DNA of 64,000 nt, taken from contig CAWKAR010000021.1 of assembly GCA_963847625.1 (NCBI GenBank), positions 960 through 64,959 of the forward strand, read 5' to 3'. The notes below the pieces were generated by a model. The model was not told the origin of the DNA, ran no database searches, and was given only the letters and a program-made list of their open reading frames with translations. Positions within the stretch are counted from its first letter, which is position 1. Every line of letters starts with the position of its first letter. Both the position numbers and the translations under genes were made by a program. Source of the DNA: a candidate division FCPU426 bacterium (GTDB lineage: Bacteria; Oederibacteriota; Muellerivitia; Muellerivitales; Muellerivitaceae). Of the stretch, positions 47,025 to 56,894 are shown piece by piece.

Positions 47025-48836
47025 TTATATCGAACCAGCCGGTTCATTATCTTCATGCGCCATATCACGGAACTGCATCCTGTACAATTTTGCGTATAGC
47101 CCGTTCTTGTTCAAGAGCGTCGTGTGTTTTCCCTCCTCCACGATGCGTCCCTTGTCGATGACCATGATCCGGTCGGCCTTCCGCACCGTGGAAAGGCGGT
47201 GGGCTATGACCAGCGTGGTGCGGTGGCCCATGAGCTCGTCGAGCGCTTTCTGGACCAATTGCTCGCTTTCGGTATCCAGCGCCGAGGTGGCCTCGTCCAG
47301 GATCAGGAAGGGCGGGTTTTTCAGGATGGCGCGCGCGATGGCCAGGCGCTGGCGCTGGCCGCCCGATAGTTTCACGCCGCGCTCGCCGATGACCGTGTTG
47401 TATCCCTGCGGCGAGTTGACGATGAAATCGTTGGCATAGGCCGCCTGGGCCGCCTTTTGCACGTCCCAGAAATCGGCGGTGGGCCTACCATAGGCAATGT
47501 TCCGGGTGATGGAATCGTGGAAAAGAATGGTTTCCTGCGTCACGATCCCGATGTGGGACCGGAGGGAATCCACCTTGATTTTGGCGATGTTCTGCCCATC
47601 CCAAAGGATTTCCCCCGACGTGGGGTGGTAAAAGCGGGGGATCAAATCCACCAGAGTGGTCTTGCCGCCCCCGGAGGGCCCCACCAGCGCCACAACTTCA
47701 CCCCTTTCCACGGAAAAAGAGATGTTTTTCAGGACAGGATGGCCGGGCACATATTCAAAGTTGACGTTCTTGAATTCCAGGGATTTCCTCAAGGCGACCA
47801 CTTCCACCGCGTCCTTCTCATCCCTCATGGGATCGGGGGTGTCGAGGATTTCAAAACACCTCTCCGCCGAGGCCACCGCGTTTTGAAGGCCGGACCAGAG
47901 GCCGTTGAAGTTCTTCAGTTGGGGATAAAGGCTGGCCGTCGCCCCGAAAAAAGCGCCGAATTGGCCCACGGTCAAATCGTGAGGCGGGAACAGCGCGCGG
48001 TTCGCCAGCCAAACCATGAGGACCATCAAGGCGACCGTCGCGATCGCTTCCACGATCGGGGAGGATGCCGCGAAGGCCCGGATGGACCTCATGGTTGTCT
48101 GACGGAATTTCTCGTTGGTTTTCTGGAACTTGTTCCTTTCATAGGGTTCCATTCCAAAGGCCTTCACGACCCGGATTCCCGAAAGGGTTTCATGGACCTG
48201 CGAATTCAAGTCGGCCAAGTGCTGTTGTTGCTCCCCGGACGCGCGCCGGATTTTCTTGCCGTAGCGGTAAATGGGAAAAAGGGCAAGCGGAAACACCACC
48301 AAGGCGATCAAGGCCATCTTCCAATCGAGATAAATAATCACCAACACCAGCGATAACCCCGTCAGGGTGGAGGTGACCCCCCCTCCCACCACATTGGTGA
48401 TGGAGTCCTGCAGTTTTTGAACGTCGCTGGTGATGCGGGTGGCAAGACCGCCGGTGCGCTGGGAATTGAAGTAGGCCATCGGAAGGGTCAAGAAATGGGC
48501 GTAAAGGTTGTTGCGGAGCTTTTGGATGATCTGCTGGGAAAGATAGCCGATGTAATATTGCTGCCCATAACCCGAGAGCGCCCTGATCGCCGCGGCGCCG
48601 AAGGTGAGGGGGAGGACGAAATAAATCAAATGGTTGAATTTCTCGGTGGGGTTGTCGGTGATGACAAAAGTGCCGTCCAGAATGGGTTTTAGCTGGTACA
48701 TGACGAAGGAGGTCGACAGCGCGGAGAGGAGCATGGACAGGCCCAAAAGCCGGATCCGCCACGGGTACTCCTTGGCGTAGGCCAAAAGCCTTAGGTAAAT
48801 TTTGACGGAAAATTTGGGTTTTGAGGTTTCGGGCAT
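47025..48836 (-). CDS. msbA: Lipid A export ABC transporter MsbA-like (TMD-NBD fusion)
   Basis: 6-TM domain plus GPSGGGKTT, LSGGQRQR and ILDEATSALD motifs. The start MPETSKPKF at 48836 is preferred over 48917. Confidence 0.8.
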   Translation of the reverse strand: MPETSKPKFSVKIYLRLLAYAKEYPWRIRLLGLSMLLSALSTSFVMYQLKPILDGTFVITDNPTEKFNHLIYFVLPLTFGAAAIRALSGYGQQYYIGYLSQQIIQKLRNNLYAHFLTLPMAYFNSQRTGGLATRITSDVQKLQDSITNVVGGGVTSTLTGLSLVLVIIYLDWKMALIALVVFPLALFPIYRYGKKIRRASGEQQQHLADLNSQVHETLSGIRVVKAFGMEPYERNKFQKTNEKFRQTTMRSIRAFAASSPIVEAIATVALMVLMVWLANRALFPPHDLTVGQFGAFFGATASLYPQLKNFNGLWSGLQNAVASAERCFEILDTPDPMRDEKDAVEVVALRKSLEFKNVNFEYVPGHPVLKNISFSVERGEVVALVGPSGGGKTTLVDLIPRFYHPTSGEILWDGQNIAKIKVDSLRSHIGIVTQETILFHDSITRNIAYGRPTADFWDVQKAAQAAYANDFIVNSPQGYNTVIGERGVKLSGGQRQRLAIARAILKNPPFLILDEATSALDTESEQLVQKALDELMGHRTTLVIAHRLSTVRKADRIMVIDKGRIVEEGKHTTLLNKNGLYAKLYRMQFRDMAHEDNEPAGSI

Positions 48837-49132
48837 TGCCTTATTTCGCATGTTCGTCGTTACAAGTCCGAGCAAACCCGGAGCTTTGAGGAAGCCTATG
48901 GCTTGCCCGTGGTTCACTTCGAATCCGGATGGATTATTCTAACCGAAGAAGAGGAAGCCTCCCCACCAAAAACGGAAATGGGAGGAAGGACTCTTCTTTT
49001 CCGGGGTTTGTCGCGGGAAATGAAGCGCAGGCCTTCAAAAAAGCGGGTTACGCGAAACCCTCAAACCAGGTGAAAGGATTTCAAGCCTTACGCGCCACGA
49101 GCCGGCCGGTTGATCAGTGCACAGCCGGTGGC

Positions 49133-50179
49133 TCAATGGTTGATATTGACATCCACCGTGAGCTTGGGCTGTTCGGGATCATTGGTGTAAATAAACACCT
49201 GGTCCTTCCCGTCGCTGTTCTTGGGTAAATTTTTCACGGCTAAAACGGTAAGGACATATTGATCGGTTCCGTCCGCCGAGACAGTTCGCTTGATGGAAGG
49301 TTTGGCCAAGTGCTTGGCTGATTCCACCTTCCAGATGGCGAAACCCTTGGGATGATCCACTGTAAAATTAACCGTGCTGGGAGTCTCCTGGTGGGGCCCG
49401 AAAAAAAGGTTATTGTTGCTTATTTGGATCCGGCCCACGATTTCCCCCATGACCTGCACGTCGATCTGGGGTTTTTTCGGATCGTCGGTCTTGACTTGGA
49501 TGTCGTCGGTGAATTTTCCTATCGGCAAGTTGCCGGGCAAGTTGACGTTTAAAACGGCCCCTTGCCTTTCCTGCCCCGGGGTCGGTTGGGCGTAGGGGGT
49601 CAAGGCGACCGTCACGATTTTATTGGTGCTCTCGGCCGAAGTCACCTGCAATGGGTTGCCGGGCCGCCCCAGGATGGTGACTTGGGAGTTACGCGCCTCA
49701 CCCTTCTTGAGGTTGAATAGATAAAGCCGGTCCGGCATGGTGTCTATCTCGCGGACCACTGTCATGTTGATTTTCAACTGCAAGTTAGCGTTGACCGGAT
49801 CATTGGAGGAAACCGTGATGGTTTTTTCGGCATGCCCCGGACGCCCGCTGGTATGGTAGGTCACTTTGATCTTCCCCTTGCCGCCCGGGGGAATTTCCTT
49901 ATTGTCCACCACCGCGGCCGTACACCCGCAGGAAGTCCCGACATTATTGATGACCAGGGTGCTTTTACCCTTGTTCCGAATGGTGAAAAAATGGGTGATA
50001 TCCGGGCCCTCTTCCATGTCATGAAAATCAAAGCTCGGGTGAAAGCATACAATTTTGGGGGCATTGGCCGGAGAGGCGGGGCTTGTGCCGGCTGTTTTCG
50101 AGGTCGTTTGGGATCGAACGGCCTGGGCTGCCAGCAGGGCCGAAGCGGCCAATAACACGATCTTTAAGTTTGCCTTCAT
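49133..50179 (-). CDS. Secreted DUF1573-domain protein
   Basis: Internal ATG 50179 with a GGAGG RBS gives the signal peptide MKANLKIVLLAASALLAAQA. Contains the ...GTSCGCT... DUF1573 motif. The upstream part of the tracked ORF is not credible. Confidence 0.75.
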   Translation of the reverse strand: MKANLKIVLLAASALLAAQAVRSQTTSKTAGTSPASPANAPKIVCFHPSFDFHDMEEGPDITHFFTIRNKGKSTLVINNVGTSCGCTAAVVDNKEIPPGGKGKIKVTYHTSGRPGHAEKTITVSSNDPVNANLQLKINMTVVREIDTMPDRLYLFNLKKGEARNSQVTILGRPGNPLQVTSAESTNKIVTVALTPYAQPTPGQERQGAVLNVNLPGNLPIGKFTDDIQVKTDDPKKPQIDVQVMGEIVGRIQISNNNLFFGPHQETPSTVNFTVDHPKGFAIWKVESAKHLAKPSIKRTVSADGTDQYVLTVLAVKNLPKNSDGKDQVFIYTNDPEQPKLTVDVNINH

Positions 50180-50479
50180 GGGAAGCACCTCCTGTAAACC
50201 TCTGTAAAATGAACGGAGTTTACCACAAATCCATATTTTTAAAAGCGGGTTAAGTCCTTTGCCTCTCGTTTTTTCCGGGATTTCAGAACTTAGCCCAATG
50301 AAAAGTACCAAGGGGTTTAATGTCCGGAACGATAACCAGTATAGACCGCTTAGGTCGGGGATTACGCTAGGAGTTGGCAAAGTAGAATGGAGGGAAAAGC
50401 ATTCCTGGAGGGATGCCGGTTTGGCAAAATCACGAATATCTCTTTTGATTTGGCCCTTTTCAATGGTTAAACTACACTT

Positions 50480-51634
50480 ATGAAACAACGTTGCTTACCG
50501 GCACTTATTGTCTTATTCCTATTCCCCATGGCCGCCACAGCCCAGGACGCCCACAGTATGGCGATCGGGGGAGCCGCCACCGCCGCCCCTATGGGTGCTT
50601 TTGGGCTTTACTGGAACCCCGCGCTCCTGGCCATTCCCGAAGTTGGAACAAACCTCGGCACTTGGACCGTCGCATCGGGTTTTTCAGCTTTCGATACCAG
50701 TAATACCAATACGCCCATCCTAAAACTGACCGACGACATCGCCCTCCAATCCGGGGCCAATCCCTTCAAACGCCTCCAGCAGTACGAGGGCCTTTTCGTG
50801 GCGAAATACATGAATATGGCCGGGGGCGTTTATTGGGACCAGGAACTGAACGAGAACGCCTCCCATGGTTCCCTGGCTTTCTTCCACGACCGGGCTGGGA
50901 ACATTCTTTCATCAGGTACCACCTATTCCTTGAATTATCAGAAAACAAAACAGCAAATCGCAACTTTGATCGTTGGGTATTCCAACCCCATTCCCCTTGG
51001 AAGCTTTCCCTTTTTATCCATCGGCGGAAGTCTCAAGTACCACGACGGGATCCAATACAACGCTACAAGTTTGGTGGGAACTTACAACAAGAATGTCACT
51101 GGAGGCTACACATACACCCAAACCAATTCCTCATCCGGATTGGGATTAAGCATTGATGCCGGGCTCTTCGCCAACTTGAACCAGACCATCCAAATGGGTT
51201 TCATGATGCAGAACATCCAGTCCAATTTCAACTGGACCGCCCAGCAACAAACCATCCAGTTGGATGCCGCCGGCCGTGAGTCGGTGACAGATAGCCAAAA
51301 CATCACCGTCAATGCGAACTTTCCCTACGCCACGGACCTTGGGCTGATTATCGCCCCGCAAAATAAAAATATCGTATTAGAGGGGGAAGTCACTTGGGTT
51401 TCCCACGAAACCCGCTGGAAATTCGGCTTGGAGCGCTTTTACCCCGAGAACAATCTAGCGATCCGCCTGGGAACCTTCAGCGATGATTATTCCAATTCCC
51501 AATTGTGGTGTTTTGGGATCGGCTACCAATCCGCCAAAACCTCCATCGACTTTTCCTTCCTGACCCGGAGCCTGCCCGCCATCCAGGACGCCGTCGCGGT
51601 GGGCGGAGCCGCCGACATAGCCCTCAGGTTTTAA
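50480..51634 (+). CDS. Putative outer-membrane beta-barrel protein (PorV/FadL-like N-terminal motif)
   Basis: Signal peptide, SMAIGGAATA...GLYWNPALLA, alternating beta-strand-like pattern, and a C-terminal aromatic residue (…ALRF). Confidence 0.55.
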   Translation: MKQRCLPALIVLFLFPMAATAQDAHSMAIGGAATAAPMGAFGLYWNPALLAIPEVGTNLGTWTVASGFSAFDTSNTNTPILKLTDDIALQSGANPFKRLQQYEGLFVAKYMNMAGGVYWDQELNENASHGSLAFFHDRAGNILSSGTTYSLNYQKTKQQIATLIVGYSNPIPLGSFPFLSIGGSLKYHDGIQYNATSLVGTYNKNVTGGYTYTQTNSSSGLGLSIDAGLFANLNQTIQMGFMMQNIQSNFNWTAQQQTIQLDAAGRESVTDSQNITVNANFPYATDLGLIIAPQNKNIVLEGEVTWVSHETRWKFGLERFYPENNLAIRLGTFSDDYSNSQLWCFGIGYQSAKTSIDFSFLTRSLPAIQDAVAVGGAADIALRF

Positions 51635-51661
51635 TCAACATGGCAGAACGAATTGTTTTTG

Positions 51662-53191
51662 CTACGCGAGTTTCCGCCCAATAGAGGTGAAAACCGGCTT
51701 CAAAGCCGGGTAAAGTTTCCTGAATTCGCCGAACCAATCGTTGTATTGCCGGACTGATCTTTTCCGGGGGTGGGTATGGCTCGCCACCCGGATGAGCTTG
51801 GAGCAGGCTTCCGGGACCGACTTGTAAAGACCCGCGCCTACCATCGCCAGAATCACGGCCCCGAATGCCGGGCCCTCCTGGCTGTTGACCGTCACCACTT
51901 CCTCGCCGTAGATATCCGCTTGCAATTGACGCCAAAAGGGATTCACGGCTCCTCCCCCGGTGGCAACCACCCTCCGGATGGGCACCCGAAGCTCCTTGAA
52001 GATCTCCAAGGAGTCCCTCATGCCGAAGGTGATCCCCTCGAATACCGCGCGGGCGAAATGGGCCCGCCCGTGACGCGCGCTCACTCCCACGAAGGCTCCC
52101 CGGGCGTCGGGGTCCTTGTGCGGCGTCCTTTCCCCCATCAGGTAGGGGAGAAACAGCAATCCTTCGCACCCTTCTCCGACCTTTGAGGCCTGTTCGCTGA
52201 GGATGTTATAGGGGTCTTTCCCCGCCCGGAGGCCCATTTCCTTTTCCCTCAATCCCAGGGTGTCCCGGTACCACCTCAGGGAAAAACCAGCCGAAAGCAT
52301 GACGCCCATGAGGTACCACTTCTTGGGCACGCTATGGCAGAAAGTATGGGCTCTCAGGCCCGGATCCACCTTGATCTGGTCCGAGTGGGCGAAGAAAACA
52401 CCGGAAGTTCCCAGGCTGGCCATGACATCTCCCGCCCGGATGATGCCGTTCCCCACCGCGCCACAGGTATTATCCGCGCCGCCTCCCACGACCGGAGTCC
52501 CAGCCGCGAGGCCCAGGACTTTCGCGGCCGGCGCCGTCAGACGTCCGCTAATATCCTGGGATTCCAGGACTTTCGGAAACCAGGTAAGAGGAATATTCAG
52601 TTTCCCAAGGAGCTCCTTCGACCAGCGTCGATTCCTCACGTCAAAATAAAGGGTTCCTGCGGCGTCCGAGACTTCCGTGGCGTACTCCCCGGTGAGACGG
52701 TAGCGGATGTAATCCTTAGGCATCATGACCTGCGCGATCCGGGAATAAACCTTTGGTTCGTGCTTCCGGACCCATAGGATTTTCGGGAGGGTGAACCCTT
52801 CCAAAGCGGGATTGGAAACCCAGGCTTTCAGGTTTTTTTCCCCCGCTTTCCGCGTGATTTCCAGGCATTCCTGGTGCGTGCGGGTATCGCACCAAAGGAG
52901 CGCGGGCCTCAGGACCTTTCCTGACTTATCGAGAAAAACAGAGGAATGCATTTGGCCGGAAAATCCCAGGGCCCGGACGTCCCCGGGCCGGACCCGGGAG
53001 ATTTTCAAGGCCGAGGCGATGGCTTCCGTAGCTGCCTTGAACCAGGTGTCAGGATGCTGTTCCGCCCATCCCGGATGGGGTGTGGAAAGAGGGTATTCCA
53101 CGGTGACTTTAGACAGGACCTTGCCGGTTTCAGAAACCACGATGGCCTTGGTCCCCGAAGTGCCGATATCACAACCGATCACGAAAGCCAT
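51662..53191 (-). CDS. xylB: Xylulokinase
   Basis: 509-aa FGGY kinase. IGCDIGTSGTKA... In a xylose cluster. Confidence 0.9.
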   Translation of the reverse strand: MAFVIGCDIGTSGTKAIVVSETGKVLSKVTVEYPLSTPHPGWAEQHPDTWFKAATEAIASALKISRVRPGDVRALGFSGQMHSSVFLDKSGKVLRPALLWCDTRTHQECLEITRKAGEKNLKAWVSNPALEGFTLPKILWVRKHEPKVYSRIAQVMMPKDYIRYRLTGEYATEVSDAAGTLYFDVRNRRWSKELLGKLNIPLTWFPKVLESQDISGRLTAPAAKVLGLAAGTPVVGGGADNTCGAVGNGIIRAGDVMASLGTSGVFFAHSDQIKVDPGLRAHTFCHSVPKKWYLMGVMLSAGFSLRWYRDTLGLREKEMGLRAGKDPYNILSEQASKVGEGCEGLLFLPYLMGERTPHKDPDARGAFVGVSARHGRAHFARAVFEGITFGMRDSLEIFKELRVPIRRVVATGGGAVNPFWRQLQADIYGEEVVTVNSQEGPAFGAVILAMVGAGLYKSVPEACSKLIRVASHTHPRKRSVRQYNDWFGEFRKLYPALKPVFTSIGRKLA

Positions 53192-53245
53192 AATTCCTCC
53201 TGGTAATTTCAGCTTAATGCTGAAATTATTTTATTAAATGTCATT

Positions 53246-53322
53246 GTGCCGATTATCCAAAAATATTTCATTCGGAAATCGGTACTATACCGACCTCCAT
53301 AAATACTTCATAGAAGGTCGGC
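53246..53322 (+). repeat. S element, copy S6 (abuts the M3 copy)
   Basis: Reads GTGCCGAT-loop-ATCGGTAC, TAT, ACCGACCT-loop-AGGTCGG. Confidence 0.7.
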
Positions 53323-53446
53323 ATGCGAGGAATGCCCCGCGAATAGCGGGGCGGTAATAACGAAGCAACCTCAGTTAAGATAACTGCTTTAAACCACCCA
53401 TAAACTTGGGTTGCTTCTCCACAAAGATCGTGGATCGCAATGACAA
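53323..53446. repeat. M3 MITE-like repeat, copy b (left end replaced by or abutting S6)
   Basis: ...GCGAGGAATGCCCCGCGAATAGCGGGG...GATCGCAATGACAA, related to 34311-34462. Confidence 0.5.
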
Positions 53447-53512
53447 ATTAAAAAGTAGCAGAAAATACAATCATTAAAGCTATTCAACCGAATCATAATA
53501 TCTTTGTCTTTT

Positions 53513-55513
53513 TTAATTTCTATTTTTGTTCCCGGTTAGATAATCCGCAAGGGAGATCAGGAAACCCGCCTTGGGCAAGGCCACCGTGATCTTCCAAAGG
53601 TTCCCCTTGGAATAACGGCCGCAGTTCCCGAACCAGTTAAATTCCGTGGCATACCATTGTTCGGACTGTCCCCCATAGGGAATGGCCTTCGGCAGTTGCC
53701 CCCTCTGGACCAGTTGGGTGGAGGCCGCCAAATGCTGCAAGGCACAGTCGGCGTAAAAGGGATCTTTCAGCCAGCGGCTCAGGCGCAGGAGATAAGTGTC
53801 CGCCAAGGTGTCCCAGTTCTGGATGTGCTTGTTGGAAACCGAGGCGGGGGACATGTGGAAAGTCTTCACCTTTTGCTTACGGCAAATCGTTCCGTCCGGA
53901 AACCGGACATCATAAAGGTAGCGCCAGGAAAGCAAGTGGTCGGCGATCCTCCGAGCAGTCAGAAGCCATTTTCTTTCACCGGTGGTTTCGTAAAGCTCCG
54001 AGTAGGCCAAGAGGAGGTTGTAAGGGTCCTCCATGTTGGGTGCCATGTAGGTATCGTAGGGCCCCCCGATATACCTTTCTTTTTCAACGTAATGGGAAAG
54101 GTAATAGGCTGCGGCCCTTTGGGCCGCGCCGAGGTACCGCTTGCCCCGGGCTTTATCCTCGTCGATGCGGGAATAAACCGCCAAGGCACCGGCCCAGGCC
54201 CCGGCGGTCGCCCCTGCCCAGGATAGCGGCTTGCCGGTTTTGCCGTTGATTTCATGGGGAATGGCGCCGTCCTTCCTTTGCAGGCGCAGAACCGCGTCCA
54301 GGTTGGAGCGCAAAGCCTGGTCCCAGTCCGCGCGGTATCGGCCCCTGGAACGCTCGTATTCCAAAATAAGCGCCAGGTAACAGGAACCCTCCGAGGGGTT
54401 GCGCATGTGGATGCCTTGGGCTTCGCCCCAGAATACCTTCTGGAGCCAAACACCCTTGACGTTCTCGGAATAAAAAATCCCGGAAGGCGAGACGCCTTCC
54501 CGGCTGATGTAATCGCACATGGTTTCGCCCATGCGCCTGAACTCGGGGTCACCCGCGAGATCGCCCCACTTAAGGGCGGCAAAGGCCGCCGCGAAACCCC
54601 CGCACCAGCCGGTGAAGATCTCCGGAATGTCGTGTCGGTGGGCAAAACCCTTGCCCTTGAGGAAGTGGGCTTTCTTGAGGCAATCAGTGAAAAGATCAGC
54701 TGTTTTCTTCAATAATCGCCGGTCCACATCATAACGGCAGGTTTGAGCGGTCCTTCGACCCAGGGCTCTCCAAACCTTGGCATGGAAAGCCCGGTCACTC
54801 GGGGAAGCCAAATGATGGATGGTCAGGGAGAGGGTTTGGCCTTTCTTCCAATCCTGCCGGGGTTTCTTTGGGTTCCCGAGTTTTCTGGCCCGGGGATAGC
54901 TTTGCGGGATTTCCTGGGCGGGAAAAGTAAAAACCGCCTGGGGACGGTCGCCCATCCGCGCGAAGCCGATGCCTAGTACGTCATCCAAGCCTGGCCGCTT
55001 GATGGGAAATTTTACCGAATGACCGGTGGCAACGGCATAGGAAGATGCTGGTGTCGTCCAAACCACAGCCGGGCAGGAAGACCCATCCGCCCTGAAACTC
55101 CAATCCTTTTCCAAACCCTTGGGATAAATAACCTTCCTGTTCCAGGCCTCGTTGTCCCCGTACCAAAGCGCCGGCAGGACCAAGAATCCATCCTCTAACT
55201 TTCGGACGGGCTGCAGGAAATAACGCAGGGTTAAGAGAACCTTGGGGAGATCCCTCAGCGCGCGGTAGGTTCTTTTTTCCTCCAGGATTTCCAAACCATT
55301 AAGAACGCGCCGTTGGAAAACCGCCTCGGCTTTTAGGAAGGGCCCTTTTTCATCGGGAAGAAACCCTTGGAGTTTGTTTCCCCTTTTTTCAAGCCACCCA
55401 TTGCGATAAACCCGCCCATTCAACTCCATCTCCAAAGCGTCGGGGGCTCGGGCAAGGACCTTGCCGCGGGAGGAAAGAATCCACTCCCCTTGAGGTTTTA
55501 ATTCCCATTTCAC
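53513..55513 (-). CDS. Uncharacterised 666-aa cytoplasmic protein (possibly an alpha/alpha-toroid glycoside hydrolase/lyase-like fold)
   Basis: Long intact ORF with no signal peptide, embedded between xylB and a sugar-binding protein. No family recognised with confidence. Confidence 0.6.
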   Translation of the reverse strand: MKWELKPQGEWILSSRGKVLARAPDALEMELNGRVYRNGWLEKRGNKLQGFLPDEKGPFLKAEAVFQRRVLNGLEILEEKRTYRALRDLPKVLLTLRYFLQPVRKLEDGFLVLPALWYGDNEAWNRKVIYPKGLEKDWSFRADGSSCPAVVWTTPASSYAVATGHSVKFPIKRPGLDDVLGIGFARMGDRPQAVFTFPAQEIPQSYPRARKLGNPKKPRQDWKKGQTLSLTIHHLASPSDRAFHAKVWRALGRRTAQTCRYDVDRRLLKKTADLFTDCLKKAHFLKGKGFAHRHDIPEIFTGWCGGFAAAFAALKWGDLAGDPEFRRMGETMCDYISREGVSPSGIFYSENVKGVWLQKVFWGEAQGIHMRNPSEGSCYLALILEYERSRGRYRADWDQALRSNLDAVLRLQRKDGAIPHEINGKTGKPLSWAGATAGAWAGALAVYSRIDEDKARGKRYLGAAQRAAAYYLSHYVEKERYIGGPYDTYMAPNMEDPYNLLLAYSELYETTGERKWLLTARRIADHLLSWRYLYDVRFPDGTICRKQKVKTFHMSPASVSNKHIQNWDTLADTYLLRLSRWLKDPFYADCALQHLAASTQLVQRGQLPKAIPYGGQSEQWYATEFNWFGNCGRYSKGNLWKITVALPKAGFLISLADYLTGNKNRN

Positions 55514-55515
55514 CT

Positions 55516-56811
55516 CTACTTCGCCTTGAAGAATTTTTGGTTGATGAGCTTCGTGACCGCCGGCAGGACTTGTTCGGGAGTCTTATCGCCGATCCAGACG
55601 GGGTCCAGGGCGGGCCCCAGGTTGCCGTAATAGATTTCCCCCCAACTGGCGATGAAGGGCTCGTAATGGGAATATTCCGGCATTTTCAAGAGAATGGCCC
55701 TGTTGGCGGGGCCGGGAGCCTTCAAGAAAGCGTCCGACTCGGCCAATTTGATGAGGGCAGGCTGGATCATGCCGGTGGAGGACATCCGGGTCAGGAAGGC
55801 CTCGTTGGTCAATTCCTTGATGATTTTCCAGGCCATTTCCTTGTTCTTGGAGCTGCGGCAAAGGGCGTAACCCGACCCTCCCGTCCCCCAAGCCCTCAGG
55901 CCCGTGGGCCCTTTCGGGAACTCCACGACGTCGAATTTCAGGTCCTTGGCCTTGAGAAGCTGGGGCGTGTGCCAAATGCCGGAATCCATCATGGCCACCT
56001 GCCCGTTGATAAACATCTGCTCCACCCCGCTTCCGAAGTTGAAGGCCTGGATCTCGCTGGGACTGGGGGAGGCGTGGTACTTGTGGATGAGGTCGTAGCG
56101 GAACCGGGCCGCCTGGAGGGCTTCCGGGCTGTCGGCGGTGAAACGCGCGGGATGGGCGGGATCATCCACCCAGTTTCCCCCGGCGCTGAAAAGAAAGTTC
56201 TCGAAATTGACCGGGTAGGCGTCGCAGTAGGCCCAGCGGTTCACCTTCCCCCTGGCGTCTTTGCGGGTGAGTTTCTTGCAGATGGAAAGGAAGGGCTCCG
56301 GCCAGCTCCAGTCGCTCGTCGGGTAAGGAACCCCCACCTCGTCAAACACCTTTTTGTTGTAATACATCAGCCCCTGGGGGGCCGTGTCCTGGGGCAGGGC
56401 GAAAAGATGGCCGTTAGGGCTGAAGCGGCCGATGACCCCCGGATAATAAGTCTTCAGGTCGATGCCATCCTTTTGGAGGTAGGGGTCCAGGTCATCCAGC
56501 ACCCCCCTGAGGTACAGGTCCACGAAGTTGTTCACCTCGACATAGAGGATGTCGGGGGCGGAATTCGCCGAAATTTGGGTGACGATTTTCTGCTGGTAGT
56601 CGTTATAGGGAGTGGTTTCCAGCTTGATCTTGACGCCCGGATTCTGCTTTTCCAGGTTTTGGATGTTCTCGTTGAGGATCTGGATGAGAATCGGGTCGGT
56701 CAGGAAGTCCGCCACCCGGATGACGGTTCCCTCTTCTCTCTGGGGCGCACAACCCGCCGTTAGCCCCGAAATGAGCAGCAAAATCGAAATATAAAAACTG
56801 ATTTTTTTCAT
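55516..56811 (-). CDS. ABC-transporter extracellular sugar-binding lipoprotein (family 1 SBP)
   Basis: MKKISFYISILLLISGLTAGC lipobox. Sugar-SBP-like length and composition. No permease or ATPase gene is adjacent. Confidence 0.8.
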   Translation of the reverse strand: MKKISFYISILLLISGLTAGCAPQREEGTVIRVADFLTDPILIQILNENIQNLEKQNPGVKIKLETTPYNDYQQKIVTQISANSAPDILYVEVNNFVDLYLRGVLDDLDPYLQKDGIDLKTYYPGVIGRFSPNGHLFALPQDTAPQGLMYYNKKVFDEVGVPYPTSDWSWPEPFLSICKKLTRKDARGKVNRWAYCDAYPVNFENFLFSAGGNWVDDPAHPARFTADSPEALQAARFRYDLIHKYHASPSPSEIQAFNFGSGVEQMFINGQVAMMDSGIWHTPQLLKAKDLKFDVVEFPKGPTGLRAWGTGGSGYALCRSSKNKEMAWKIIKELTNEAFLTRMSSTGMIQPALIKLAESDAFLKAPGPANRAILLKMPEYSHYEPFIASWGEIYYGNLGPALDPVWIGDKTPEQVLPAVTKLINQKFFKAK

Positions 56812-56894
56812 GGAACGCACCTCTTGATATGTTCTTTTCGGATTTATCCTATCGGCCTTCTTACCTGGTCCCTCACGGTTATTTCAGTAAAACT

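Noticed and set aside
50180-50488. N-terminal 103-codon extension of the DUF1573 protein ORF
   Set aside because: The internal ATG 50179 has a GGAGG RBS and yields a clean signal peptide. The upstream segment has no protein-like features and overlaps the divergent gene's start region.
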